Below, piece after piece: positions 35,398 through 47,399 of a stretch of DNA of 64,000 bases. A program made the position numbers and the translations under genes. The stretch comes from Dicyema japonicum (lineage: Eukaryota > Animalia > Dicyemida): positions 589,990 through 653,989 of the forward strand of contig RDEW01000025.1 of the NCBI GenBank assembly GCA_011109175.1, read 5' to 3'. The stretch's first letter is position 1. Every line of letters starts with the position of its first letter. The notes under the pieces are model-generated. The model saw nothing but the letters and a program-made list of their open reading frames with translations, had not been told where the DNA came from and searched no databases.

Positions 35398-35541
35398 CGT
35401 CATTTATTTATTTAATAACCCGATAAGGAAACATAAAGAAAGAAGGAGTAAACCAACTTATTAAGTGATCCCGGTACACCTTAAAAAGATCGAGAGGTTT
35501 TTCTTGTGTTCCTCTAGAGTACCCACGGCTTTCCTGTATCG
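35398..35541 (-). mobile_element. 5'-truncated LINE-type tail insertion with a 14-bp TSD
   Basis: aatcgtcattgagt at 35384-35397 and 35542-35555. The insert ends gatcacttaataagttggtttact...cgggttattaaataaataaa, homologous to the family 2a tail. Confidence 0.8.
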
Positions 35542-36244
35542 AATCGTCATTGAGTTGCACAAGAATTTGGTTTTTTTGAAAAATACTTCTTTGTCACTTT
35601 AAAGGCGAATTAGTAATGATTCCATGAATTAAATCTGTTTAGAAGAGGAAGAGAACATGCCATAGAAAAACACTATCTTTGTGAAGATATCTTACGCTAT
35701 GACAGACTATACACAAAGCCCAAGGACTGACGATGAACAAGGTATTGATGCTTTTGGAAAGACCTGAGTCTCTACATGAACAACTCTTCGTTTCTTTGAG
35801 CAGGGAAAAATTTTGATTTAAACCTTTATAACTTTAAAAAATAAGTTTTGATTTTTACCCAAATGGGCTGTCCCCCATTATCGCCATTTCTGAGATTTTT
35901 TTATATACACTTAGAAATGATTAAAGTTGAAAGTTCTGGAATTTATTTTTGAAAGTCACGCAACTTGAGAGGTGTTATACTCACCAAAAATTGCTAAAAC
36001 TTAAAAGTCTTATTAACTGGACCTAAAACCGAATCCCTGGATTTTGATCGATAAATTTTATTATTTGGAGTTTTTAAAATTTTTTAATCTTTTAGAATTA
36101 CGTTTCATGGACCAGTCTATCCAATATTTCTATGGATGACCTAGAATCTCTGAGCCATAATGACGGCTGCCGAAGAAACTGTTGAAATTCGCGAAAATAC
36201 TATGAAAGGAAGATATAAATAGCACATAACTAGACATAATTCTA

Positions 36245-36535
36245 AGAGCTTCGGAAATGGCACCGGCCGATCAGGTCATGGAATAATGTTTTTCTGTATT
36301 AACAAAACAACGCATCGAGGTGACAGAGAACAACGTTACCGTCGACGCTTGACAGAAAACTCACTTTCATTGGAAGAAAACTGAAAACAGGAGAGAATCT
36401 GGATGATCTACGGCAGAAGCAAAATAGAGGAGGATATAAACGATTCATATTCCGTATCCAAAGATGCATGTCAAAAGTGGAATCTAAAATTAGTTAACTT
36501 TTCTGGTTCCACGGACATTGCTAATAATAATAAAT
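36245..36535 (+). mobile_element. RTE-like LINE 3' end (inverted copy at 39897-40200)
   Basis: ADQVME...YRGDREQ.LPSTL..LKT...LDDLR; tail attagttaac...cggacattgctaataataataa. Confidence 0.8.
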
Positions 36536-36610
36536 GTTGTATAGTATCACGTCCGGGCTGATAAGTCTTACTTGTCATACTAGAACAAATGGTTACTGGC
36601 TTTTTTTCGG

Positions 36611-36790
36611 AGGAAAAACGAAATTTTTAATTTCTTCCAAAAACATGTTCATCGTTGTATGAGACAAAATGGGAGACCTGTGACATTGCCAGATTTCTTG
36701 AAGGAAAAACGAAATTTTTAATTTCTTCCAAAAACATGTTCATCGTTGTATGGGACAAAAATGGTGGACCTTGACATCGTCCCCTATTTT
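36611..36790 (+). repeat. Two-copy tandem repeat, 91-bp period
   Basis: aggaaaaacgaaatttttaatttcttccaaaaacatgttcatcgttgtatg is identical at 36611 and 36702. Confidence 0.9.
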
Positions 36791-36794
36791 TGGA

Positions 36795-36900
36795 TTAATT
36801 AGGGTGAATTAAAAAATAAATTAGAATCTATTTGAGAAGGGGTTAAGGTATATTAGAGAATGGATTAAATGTATTAGGGAATGGGTTAGGGTGAATTACA
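36795..36900 (+). repeat. Short degenerate telomere-like tract
   Basis: attagggtg, ggggttaagg, attagggaatgggttagggtg. Confidence 0.5.
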
Positions 36901-37129
36901 GAATCGGTTGTTTCTATACATTCATAAAGTTTATTTTATTTGCAGAATGAAATTTTTGAATTCTAATTAAATTGACTTGTAATTTTATCTATAAATTCTC
37001 TTTTCGCAAACAAGATTGTGGTCAAGAAACCGGATGGCACCTACTATACTTAAGAAGTAATACCTTTAGTTTTTGAGACACAAGATATTTGATGTGGACG
37101 ATGATGTCATCGCGGAGATGACTTGTTAC

Positions 37130-38000
37130 GAACCATTGTCAGAGAAAACAGCATTTATAGAGATCTCCCTAGAAGAGCTGAAGATACAATAAGATGCTAT
37201 CAAGAATAAAGCTCCGGGCAGTGATTTCATCAAAACTAGGATGTTCAAAGAAGTCCCAGAAATTTTATTCGAAGTTCTCAAAAATATGTTCAACGCATAC
37301 ATACAAATTGGTCATGTTCAACAGGAATGGAAAAAGACCATTGTACAGATGGTAGATAAGACAGGAAGACCGAAGAATGATCCTGATAGCTACCATACTG
37401 ATCAGCCTGAGTTGGTCAATTTCAAAAATCATGGAAAAATGTCTTCTGGAGGCTTACAAATCAGCTGGAAAAAGAAGATTACTTCAGAAATGATCAATTT
37501 GGTTTTCGCCCAGGACGGTCATGCGGTGATTGCTTAATTCATCACAACTCCGAGTTATGCAAAGCCAGAGAATCCAAATGTCTCCTGAATGTCATATGTC
37601 TCGACATATCAAAAGCATTTGACAGTGTTAACCACAGAGCCATAATCGATCAGTTATCTCGGAAGGGGAGCCCAAAGGAACTAGTGATTTGGGTGAAAGT
37701 ATACCTAAAAGAAAGAAAATACATGTTAGATGCGGACGCTATTGAAAAGATAAGTCCTACAAGGATAAAGTTTGAGCCCTCTATTGTTTAATGTTCTAAT
37801 GGCCGGTTTCCCATCTCCGTCTACACCGAGTACGAGATCTCTGATATACGCAGACGACGTGCTACTGTCTGATGTGTCGAGATCGAGCATGATCTCAGAG
37901 AGAAGTCTCAATGTGTATATGGAAGAGATAAAAGACTGGTGCGCTCTTCATGGGTTAAAACTGTCATAAGAAAAATCTAGTGCAATGATGTTCCTAGGTC
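37130..38000 (+). mobile_element. I/Jockey-like LINE RT (family A), degraded
   Basis: IKNKAPGSD, WKKTIVQMV.K.G, LDISKAFDSVNH, LSPLLFNVLM, LIYADDVLL. Confidence 0.85.
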
Positions 38001-38419
38001 GGAATGGTAAAGTAAATCAAATTTTTCCAAAACTTTATGAAATCAATCTGAGACATGTAACAACGGTTGTTGGAATTACGTAGACAAGTATTTCTTCAGA
38101 TGTGATTGAAAATTGTTGGCGGAAAATAAATGAATATAGAATAGAAAAACACGACAATGCCCATTCAATTGAAGAAAATCACTTCGAAAAAATTGTCCAC
38201 AACGTTATTCAAGAAGAAGAGACTGACAATAAAACGTTTTATGTCGGAATGATGATTATGAGTTGACAACTTTCAAAACAATCATATTTTCAATGAATTA
38301 ATTGGAAAAAGGTATTCATAAATTTATGCCACAAACTCTGGATTTGGACAGCCGTATCCGTACTGATCGTCGTGTCAGATTGTACTGAATGGGATTCCAT
38401 ATTGACGGCAGAGATGTAG

Positions 38420-39530
38420 ATGTAAACATCTGACCACTTTATCATGCCGCCTGATTTTTTTGAATCAATAACCAGTAGTATTCCCGCTCTTCTAGGCAGT
38501 AATTTGGCTTATGTTCCAAGTCACCATAAAATTCGTTCTGCTTTGTTACTGACAGACTCGGGCCTCTTCCAAATTTATTTCTTGATAAATAAAGTCTTTC
38601 TTTGTCTGCCGGTCGCAAGTGTATTTGGCTTTCCATAAGAATTCTTCGAATATTTTTATCGATTTGTTCAAATTCTGGCGGTTCGATATAAATCAATCCA
38701 ATGTAATAGTTATAGAGTAAAAGTGCATACTCTTTCGTCCCCTTAAACAGGTTTACTGAATTTAAATCCGTCTCCGTCAATTTTTTGATCCGCTTAGATG
38801 CTTCTTCGAGGGATATATTCGATAAATTTATCTTCTAATTCTTATCTCATCAAGAATTTTTTTTTCATGTTTTTGATCCGCTTGGGTGACTTGTACTCGA
38901 AAGATAACTTGTTCAGTTATGTGGAGAAAAACAGAGATGGACTTGTTCTAAAGGATATGTTTGTGTCTTCTGGAATTTCCGTTGTGAAGCTCTCAAACCG
39001 GAATCGCTATTCCACGGGGATTATTTGGGCCTGTCGTTAATATCGAAATCTCTTCTTCAAATATTGGAACGACCGATTACGCTTGTGATATCGAAAATTA
39101 TCATTTACAAATCTTTTTTAAAATCAACCTAACTCCATGGGAGATCAAGCCTATTCTTGTAAGCTATAATATATTAATTATAAACTGGGACCGTTATCGA
39201 AAGAGAATTGTTATATATTTGGAAGACTCTGAGAATTATTGTAATCCGAAGTCTTGCAATTTGAATCTTGGGGTTCAAGCGACTATAATTGCTTATTTTT
39301 AATCTCGAAACATATTCGACTAAAGTTTATTCGGTTATCAAGAATTCTCTTTTGTACACCAAAAATGTTGATTTTTTTTAAAAGGAAAGAATGCTTGAAA
39401 AACAAACTGCGAAACAAAACGTTGGGAGAAGTTAAAATGAAAAAGAAGAAATCTACAGGGGTACTCTCCACATTTGTTTTCTCTGTTAATGGACTCATCT
39501 AGTCGAATGCTGAATGGAAAATTTCCGAAA
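38420..39530 (-). mobile_element. R4/NeSL-type RT fragments
   Basis: LNSVNLF..EYA..YNYYIGLI.IEP.EF.QIDK.IR.IL...IHL.PA.KERLYL.R...GRG, homologous to about 5780-5990. Confidence 0.8.
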
Positions 39531-39896
39531 ATATTGATGGGAAGTCCGGGAAATGAGGAACCAACATCATCTTCTCTTTTTGGACGATTTAAAGTTGTTT
39601 TCCGCTAAAGTCATTCAATGGAAATGATGTTGGCGGAAGTTGATCGCTTTTTTGGTAAAGTTGGGAAAATTTGCAACAAAAGTGAAGTGCAGTAGACACG
39701 CTGTGCGCCGTAGAAAATGCTGGGAAGACTAAGGGTAAGAAATAAGAATGATTTCTAGACCGGTGCACATTCCGGCTGTCGTGGTTGAGGCAACTGAACA
39801 AATAAGCAGGAAATCGCATTATGCCCTCAACTAGCGAGGGCATCTGGCCTCACTCAAAAGCCATCACATAGTTGATCTTTATGGTGATAGGCAACG

Positions 39897-40260
39897 CTAT
39901 TATTATTGGCAATGTCCGCGGAACCAGAAATGTTAACTAATTTGAGATTCTACATTTGCCATTCATCTCTGGGTACGGAATATTAGTCGATTCTATCCTC
40001 CCCTGTTCTCGCATTTGCCCTCAGATCATTTAGATCCCCAGCTGTTTTAAGCTTTCTTCCTATGCAAGTGAGTTCTTTGTTGAGCGTCGACGGCAACCCT
40101 GTTCTTTGTCACCTCGATACGTTGTTTTGTTTAATAAAGAAATATATTATTCCATGGCCTGATTAGCCAGTACCATTTCCAAAGCTATATATATCTAAAG
40201 AGCTGCCATTTCGCAGAAGTAACTTTATTCCCAATCTTTGTTGTTTGAGTAATTCGTGTT
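39897..40260 (-). mobile_element. RTE-like LINE 3' end
   Basis: Reverse complement aligns with 36245-36535 (ANQAME, GLPSTLNKEL, LKTAGDLNDLR). Confidence 0.8.
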
Positions 40261-40429
40261 ACAAAGTTGAATTGGTTCGATAAAGGAGTTGTACAACCGA
40301 ACTCGAAGGCGAGTTCCTATCTATTTACTTTCGCCGCAAGAAGCAACCGCCAGAACTTTCCCTTGAATAAAGTCCTCCGAGTCCCCATGAGAGATCAATT
40401 TCCAATGATGATCCCGATACATTGATATT

Positions 40430-40570
40430 CTCATACACAGAAACAATCATGTTTTGGCGTCTGCTCCAAATGAGCGTTTTCAGATTGATCTAATCGATCT
40501 GAAAAAATTCATTGTCAACCAAGGATATAAATGGATCCTATCCGTAATTGATGTACATAGTCGGTATTAA
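40430..40570 (+). mobile_element. Ginger2-like integrase fragment
   Basis: ASAPNERFQIDLIDLKKF.VNQGYKWILSVIDVHSRY. Confidence 0.75.
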
Positions 40571-40679
40571 AATTATAATAACCACGTTAGTTTCGCTTTT
40601 GCAAGGCCTCAGTTAAAAAGTCGGCATTTGAAGTATGCCATAATTTGGAGTCCCTTCTCACTTATATGGACCTTTAAAT

Positions 40680-40860
40680 GCAGTGATATCAAATTACGTG
40701 TCATCATCTCCGCCAACGGACATGAATGAGATAACTGACATAATTTATGCTGCACAATGCGCATATGAAAATTTGACAAAGAAGCAATCAGTAAAAAACT
40801 GTTGGAGGGAAAACGTGGAGAAGAGAATTGCAAAATTCAAAAAATTGAATTTTGCAATGG
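40680..40860 (+). mobile_element. R4/NeSL-type ORF N-terminal fragment
   Basis: PPTDMNEITDIIYAAQCAYE...WRENVEKRIAK resembles the pre-RT region of this clade. Confidence 0.5.
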
Positions 40861-40999
40861 TTCACGCTACGCGTTAATGGTGTTGAGACAATTTTAGGTA
40901 AACGGGAAGTCACTGTCTTTTCTCAAGAAACTTGGATGTCTGACTACACCCTGAAGCCCTACTTCCAGTTGATCTCCGTTACTATCGTAAGAAGGCAGG

Positions 41000-43670
41000 T
41001 ATTACACATTTTAAGTCAGTTGAATCAAATTATCGTTAAATTCTCTCAAACGTTAAATTTAAAAATTCTAAAGTACGAATAGACGTATGCACGACTTATA
41101 CAACTTCCCTTTTTGTATAGGAGGTTGAATTCTTCAAGAAGTTTAGGGGGAAGCTTGGAAATGTCCATTTCAGGCTTCTCTCTAGTGATTTAGTCAATAT
41201 TGTAATTGATACTCTAAAACGGGAACTTTCACTGGTAGGTCACATTCTGAATGTGGAGGCTCTGTTGGAATTACACTTTGATAAACCATTTGGGGGTGAG
41301 TCTATCATCTCCTTTCTGTATTCTATTTTCTTATGTATTTCCAATTTTTCGACTTTTCTAATAATTTCAGTGGATTCGGTGACTTTATCAACCATTTCTA
41401 TGCGAGTATCTTCCCCTTCTTCAGATTCCTTCCTAAAAATGCAAAAAAAGTTTTCAAAACTTTTCTTCGTTATCTCTGCTCCTAGTTTCAACATCTTCCA
41501 GAAACTCGTCATCAATTGTGGATCTTAGATTATTCAGTGTATTTCTTTCCATTCTCCTTAACAGCAATAGTCTAGCATTTTCTTTCTTTCGTTCAATCAG
41601 CTTTCTTCTCTTCATTTCGTGCATACTCATATTGAGCATATCTCGCTTTTTTTAGCGTCCTTGATAAATCAATCATACGATCGACCTCATCATTCTCATC
41701 TGATAGAGTTTCGATGGGGGAAAAAGTCTTAAACAGATAATTTCCGCTGTAAAAGTCGTCTCTAAAATCTTCAGTCTCGTATAGACTTGTATTCGGGATG
41801 ATCGCAAAGACTATGGATGATTAATATATCACAAAATGGATGAATTTTTAATTTTCGATACCTTTTTTTCGTTTTCGGAGTGCGTGGGGGTTGTTTTTAG
41901 CGATAAATTGTTGTCTGGGAAAGGGGATAGTTTTCCTTCAAAGTCTTCAGCAATGACGACTGTTTTTGGCTTTTCATTTTTCGATATTTCAGCAATCTTC
42001 GACAGTTTTTTTGCTGTTTTACAATATTATGTACTTTTTTTCGTTTTATCAGTGGTTTCAACTGATCTTTTTATTTTGTCACGTGTGAGTCTCTGCTTCT
42101 CAGGCTTTTGCGTTTTTTCTTCCTTAGTTTCTTCAAACTCCTCTTTATGTTCGGTTATCTCGACGTCTATTTTTGAGGGGAGATTATTAGTTCCCTCTTC
42201 AATCTGAATATTTCTCAATGTGGCGTCGAAATTCAAAGTTTTTAATTCCTGAGAAACCTTAGAAGCTTTCGTTCTTTTTCTTTGGCTTTCATTCGGTTCT
42301 GATTTTTTCATTATAACTGAATTCCTTCTCACTGAATCGGGGAACTTTGATTTCAACTCAAATCTATTTCCCCTTCACCTCCGTTTATACTGATTCCGGT
42401 TTTATGAATAAAATTTAATATGTCCCCCGTAAATTCGCACCCTATTTTAGCCGAAGTTGATTCCTCCATAAAAAGACAAAAAACTGCTTTTCTTGATTTC
42501 TCCGCTTTTGATGCTTTGTGGTAAAAATTCATAAAATCAACCTGAGCCTTCCTGAATCTCATTCGAAGGTTTATATCCTCTGTTTTCCGATCCGTGCTCT
42601 TCTTGTTCGCAGAACTAAATGAGTGACAACCTTTACTTTCAGAATGTCCCCCGTTTTTCGAGCCATCACGTAAACGTCCGAATTACTTATTCTACCATGT
42701 TCGGACTTTTCGATTTCCCCCACATCCTTCGAACTCTCCATATCCAACTACTTATCACTAAACTTGAAAACCAATTCTGTTGCTTTTTTGTGATTTTTGC
42801 AGTTGTCTATATAATCAAACCCCATCACCTGGAGTGCCACGTGCAGTGATTACGATGCATTGAAGCATAACTTATTTCACCACATTTATTTTACCTTTAC
42901 GAGCCAACCTAGCGAGATATTCTTCCCCAGAAATGTCCCTCCTTCCTATGGATTATTTATCCCAAAACTTTTTTTGCCATTTTTTCTTGGATTAGCACTT
43001 TTGAAATTTTATTTACACTACTGGCTTTCTTGATTTTTAAAATTTGTTGTGGTTCTGCCTGCTCGTTGAAATATTTATTCAGTTTTTCATCGGAGGATTT
43101 CTTAATACGCAAAATAGAAACTTTTGAAACGAAAAAGTCACCTTTTTTGCAAAAAACTGAACTTTTGGGAAGAGATCGAACTGTGAATTAAATAAACGGG
43201 ACCACTTATTTTTTTGAAGACTTTTAATCGCTGTTTTGACTTTACCGTTAATTTCAAATGGTAAATCACCATGGAGACATGTTGGGACTGATCAACCCAA
43301 CTTGAACTTTTTCTCTTCTCTGTTTGACTCGCCATTATGCGTGAAATTAGGTCATTCGTGTTTTCCCTCTTTTTCTTAGTTGATATGAGACAAATATGTA
43401 CTTGGTGGATGTAATATTTGTAAGCAGATGTTATATCATCCACGTCTATTGAGTATGAATCTCCGCCGATTGAACCTTTCCTGGAAATTGAAGCAATTTT
43501 CCCTTGCCCTGTTGTGAATGTCCTCGGAAGATGTGTGTTAGGTTTGTTAGATTGAAGAAATTGTGAGCCAAGTACTTTGTTTGTTGAATAGTCTTTGTTT
43601 ATTTCTCCATTAAAAAATTTAGAAAATTGTGATGTATCGTTCATTCTGGATAATTGCGAACTATCGATCA
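41000..43670 (-). CDS. Uncharacterised multi-exon K/E/S-rich protein; exon structure only partly resolved
   Basis: Run of same-strand ORFs (43812-43138, 42562-42353, 42356-42027, 41639-41454, 41515-41240) joined by short GT-AG segments, e.g. the 21-nt gtacataatattgtaaaacag. No recognisable domain. Confidence 0.45.
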
Positions 43671-43959
43671 TATATGTCAGATTGAGGTGTTTAATCACAC
43701 GTAAATTGTTAATTTGACCAAAAAATATTATGAGGTGAATTTTGATAGAGACTGGAACGTAAGCTCGGCCATAGCCACCATCCAAAGGAGTTCCCCCTAG
43801 AACTTCCTTCAAATCGGAGCACGCGAAGGCTGCTGAAGGAAGCCGGGATCACCTTAATTTTTTCATTCTGACTATGACGGTGGTTTCAGGTCGCTTGGCA
43901 AGGTCTGTTGGTTGCAATTGCATGAAGTTTTCTCTAAGAACAGTGACCCACGTGAAAAC

Positions 43960-44355
43960 CAGAAATGAAAAAAATCGGATTACCCATTTCACTGCATTCA
44001 CTAATAAGGGAAGGTAAGGAGATAAATCATGCATCCTCAAATCCTTTCCGGAAAACGAGGATACTTCTAAAATGGATCACATCTTCTTTTCCTCGTGAAA
44101 TTCGGGTAAGCCTGGTGCGCCTCCGCTGCGGCCACCACGTGGGTCTAAATGCCTCTAAATACAAAACCAGACAGGCAAAGTCGCCACTTTTCCCTACACT
44201 TGATAACCAGGGACAAATTACTCTGCAGAAATTTGGGGAGACACTTTGGGAAGGATCACTTTTGGACGGTTTGAGAGAGTCCGGGAGTTACTAAAAGTCA
44301 CTTAATTAGTTAGGCATTGGCACTTTCTTAGTGGCCTTGGGTTTCTTAAATAAAT
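43960..44355 (+). mobile_element. I-clade LINE 3' fragment
   Basis: FPREIRVSLVRLRCGHH..L..YK; tail cacttaattagtt...aaataaataaa. Confidence 0.75.
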
Positions 44356-45030
44356 AAACTTCAACAAAAGTGTATACAACGACCGTCAAATTATATGCTG
44401 ATAAATTACTTTGGAAACTTTGATAACTTATTTTATGAGGGTTACCGTTTTGTAATCACACTTGTACTAATAAGATGGGCATGGAGACTGGGATCACTTA
44501 ATTTGGCGATAACTCGTGTTTCCCGGGGGTAATTTTCTATTAACGTTATAATCCAAGCCCGAATTATGGGTCCTCTAGTGTGGACTAAGATTTTTTTTAT
44601 TTCTAACGGCATTTTAGTCCAAATTCCTGTAATGTTGATGTTATTAAGTCAGAATTGTGGATTTTAATAAAAACTGAAGGATTAGCAAAAATGAAGTTTG
44701 CCTATCTCATTTCAAAATATCCTTTCCCTCTTCACTGATATAGTGGAACTGGTTTCCTTAGGATCATCACTGCGGAATCGGATTGTTCACGTACTCACAA
44801 GCAAAAAACAAGAACGGTAAAGTTTATCAGGCTTATTGGGCGGTTTGCAAGACTGAGGAAAGGAGAACCTTGAATGACACGATGGCTCTTCCAGAACATT
44901 AGGCTTTCGATCATGATTCGTAACTCCCATTGTGTGCTCAATGCCTGCATACCATAATAGAGACCTTACAATTGACTTTTAAAGGTTCTCATTCAAAATT
45001 GCCTTTTCAAAGTGCCTCTAATCAAAAAGA

Positions 45031-45245
45031 TTAAAAAAGATGACTTTTTACCTAAAGATATAGAGGACCTTGGTATAATGTTCCACTTACCCATAGACCC
45101 GTTAAAATCAATATATAAGATTTAAAAAAGATGACTTTTTTACCTAAAGATGTCGAGGACCTTGTCACTTCCATTTACCCATAGTACTCATTAAAATCAA
45201 TTTTTATAATATTTAAAAAGATGACTTTATCTAAGAATGTCGTTT
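45031..45245 (+). repeat. Tandem repeat, about 91-bp period, about 2.3 copies
   Basis: ttaaaaaagatgactttt..acctaaagat begins at 45031, 45122 and about 45213. Confidence 0.85.
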
Positions 45246-46014
45246 TGCTAAAATCTCGTGATGTTTATTGATGAACTTATCTAAAACTTGAAAAAAATTA
45301 ATTGAGGCCATTTGAATGGACACGCTTTTAGCTATCAACGAAAATTCATCAGAAAATCGAAATCATTGGAGTTCTTGTATTGCATCTTCAAGTAATGAGA
45401 TTGGTCAATATTAGACGATTCAGGTTGGGGCATCAAGATTGCATCAACACCTGGACCATCTTAACGTTTGGTTAGAGGACAACAGCCATCAATTAGCCCT
45501 GAGAAATCAGTCAGGAAACTAAGGAAACTAAGCAGACGAACGGTAGAGATAAATGTGGATAATGCACGATATCCCGTTTAACTAACACCTGAAAATCATG
45601 GTAATCAATTCACACCCATGTGTGTTTTTCTCAGCATGTCGAAAACCTGATTATCAAATGTGAGAAAAATATAACCTTCTGAAAAGCCTTTCATGGCTGG
45701 AGGGCTGGAAACTACCCAGTCATGAACTCTGTCTTCAAACAGTACATTGAGCCCATCTACTATTTGTGCTTCCAGGATCCGGTTATCTTTTGGAAAAATT
45801 TCATGAAGATCGAAGCCCTCCCAAAAAGGACTTTTAAAGTACGATGGACTTCTAGAAAGGTCTTCACCCCAATTCCTCTGGATTTCCTAATGAAGGATTA
45901 TTTATTACCTCCAGGCTTACAATTTTTTAAACCCAGCAAAAGCAGTCACAACTAATTCAAGGAAGGAACATCTGTATGTCTATCCTCCAATAGTCCATTA
46001 CAGGATTCCGCTTC

Positions 46015-46131
46015 TGAAGAGAGGTGTAGAAGTAGGTCCTCCTCTTCCATTTTCATCGCACGTCCTATCGTCGTGCGCGTCACTTCATTCATAGGCGGAA
46101 GGGTTTTCATAAAGGCAATCTTCACCAGTGG
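46015..46131 (-). repeat. SINE family 3, 3' fragment
   Basis: Reverse complement ggtgaagattgcctttatgaaaacccttccgcc...taggacgtgcgatgaaaatggaagaggaggacct aligns with 52965-53075. Confidence 0.75.
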
Positions 46132-46265
46132 ATTGTCATGGAGAATGAAGGATTATACCGTACAAATGACATTTGATTCAATAGACTTGAAATTATCTTT
46201 CAATTATTAGTTGGCTTAGCTGTCGCCCTATTAATGATAAATTGGATTGATTAAATGCAGGATTG

Positions 46266-47316
46266 ATGGACCAAGAGAATACTGAAAATATTCTGAAAAA
46301 GTTCAGAAATGAACAAGATCGGGAATTCTCTAAACTAACTGCTCACTAGTTCATGGAAACGTGGAACCATTACTATAAGGATGGTTTCCTTATGTTTTAT
46401 TCAAGGAAACTGTTATATTGATGAAACTGAGATGGACAGTTTTTTGAAAGATTTGGTTTCCATCGTTACCACGGGGAATAAAGGTCGTGAGGTGACCTTA
46501 TATTTGAGTCTTCCAGGCCATTTCGCTAGTAGCGTTCAAGGAACTTAAGAAGACTTTTTTGGAGGCTTATGATGACAACAAGGACGGGAGAATAGAACTG
46601 ATGTAAGTAAGTGTAGTTTGAATCAGTTTGAGATGACAAACATTCTCCCAGCGGATGAAAACTTTTTACTATTTTTCATGAAGGAATTCCAACTCAATTC
46701 AAGCATGGAGTTTATGAAGATTTGGCTGAAATGCGACGAGGACTTTAACGGATTATCGAGAAAGCAGAATTAAATGTACCAATTGGCAGTTATTAGAACT
46801 TCCTGCGATACTTGCTAGAGAAGCAAGGGTACCATGATGTCCCTGATTTTAAGATAAAATATTATTGCGAAATTATGGTAAGGACAGACTGATTTTAGAT
46901 GGTTATTTTCGACTCTAATAAATACGGCAAACTTGACCTACAGGAAGTGGCACGGTACATAGTGTGGTAACCGCTTAAGTCTGCTTCCAGTAAAAGAGAA
47001 CTTTGTGGCTAACAGGTGGTTCAAAAAGACACAGTTACTCAGTAAGGAAGACGTGGAAGGAATATTCTGGAACGTGGACAAAGTTAAAAATTACTTATAT
47101 TGTAGGGGAAAAGAAACGTGATTGATAGAGAAGAATTGGCTGAGTTTATTCAACTATTATATGAAATATCAAATCAGGCAATAATCCTGATGAATTTAGA
47201 CTCCAAATTCTGATGAAGTATACGACATCACTGATATGCTTATGAAAATATCACCAATCGAAGGACTAATCGACAAGAAAACTCTCCTATCTACCATAAT
47301 GTCTTACAAAATATAA
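46266..47316 (+). pseudogene. Six-EF-hand calbindin/calretinin/secretagogin-family gene with nonsense and frameshift lesions
   Basis: [88 protein letters not shown] at 46347-46349, TAA at 46604-46606, 1-nt deletion near 46753. Introns of 21-26 nt retained. Confidence 0.88.
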
Positions 47317-47399
47317 ATTGAAGAATAATCTAACAAAATATTAATTTTAAATTAAAAAATTTAAAAAACTACTAATAATTATTGTGACCGGTTCTAAAT

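Noticed and set aside
36611-36790. CRISPR-like array (repeats with differing spacers; also 45031-45245)
   Set aside because: Only 2-3 units, the intervening parts are homologous, the context is eukaryotic and there are no cas genes.
45600-45886. Open minus-strand frame of about 90 codons after an AG (EIQRNWGEDLSR...)
   Set aside because: No start, no linked exons and no recognisable motif. Flanked by TE fragments.
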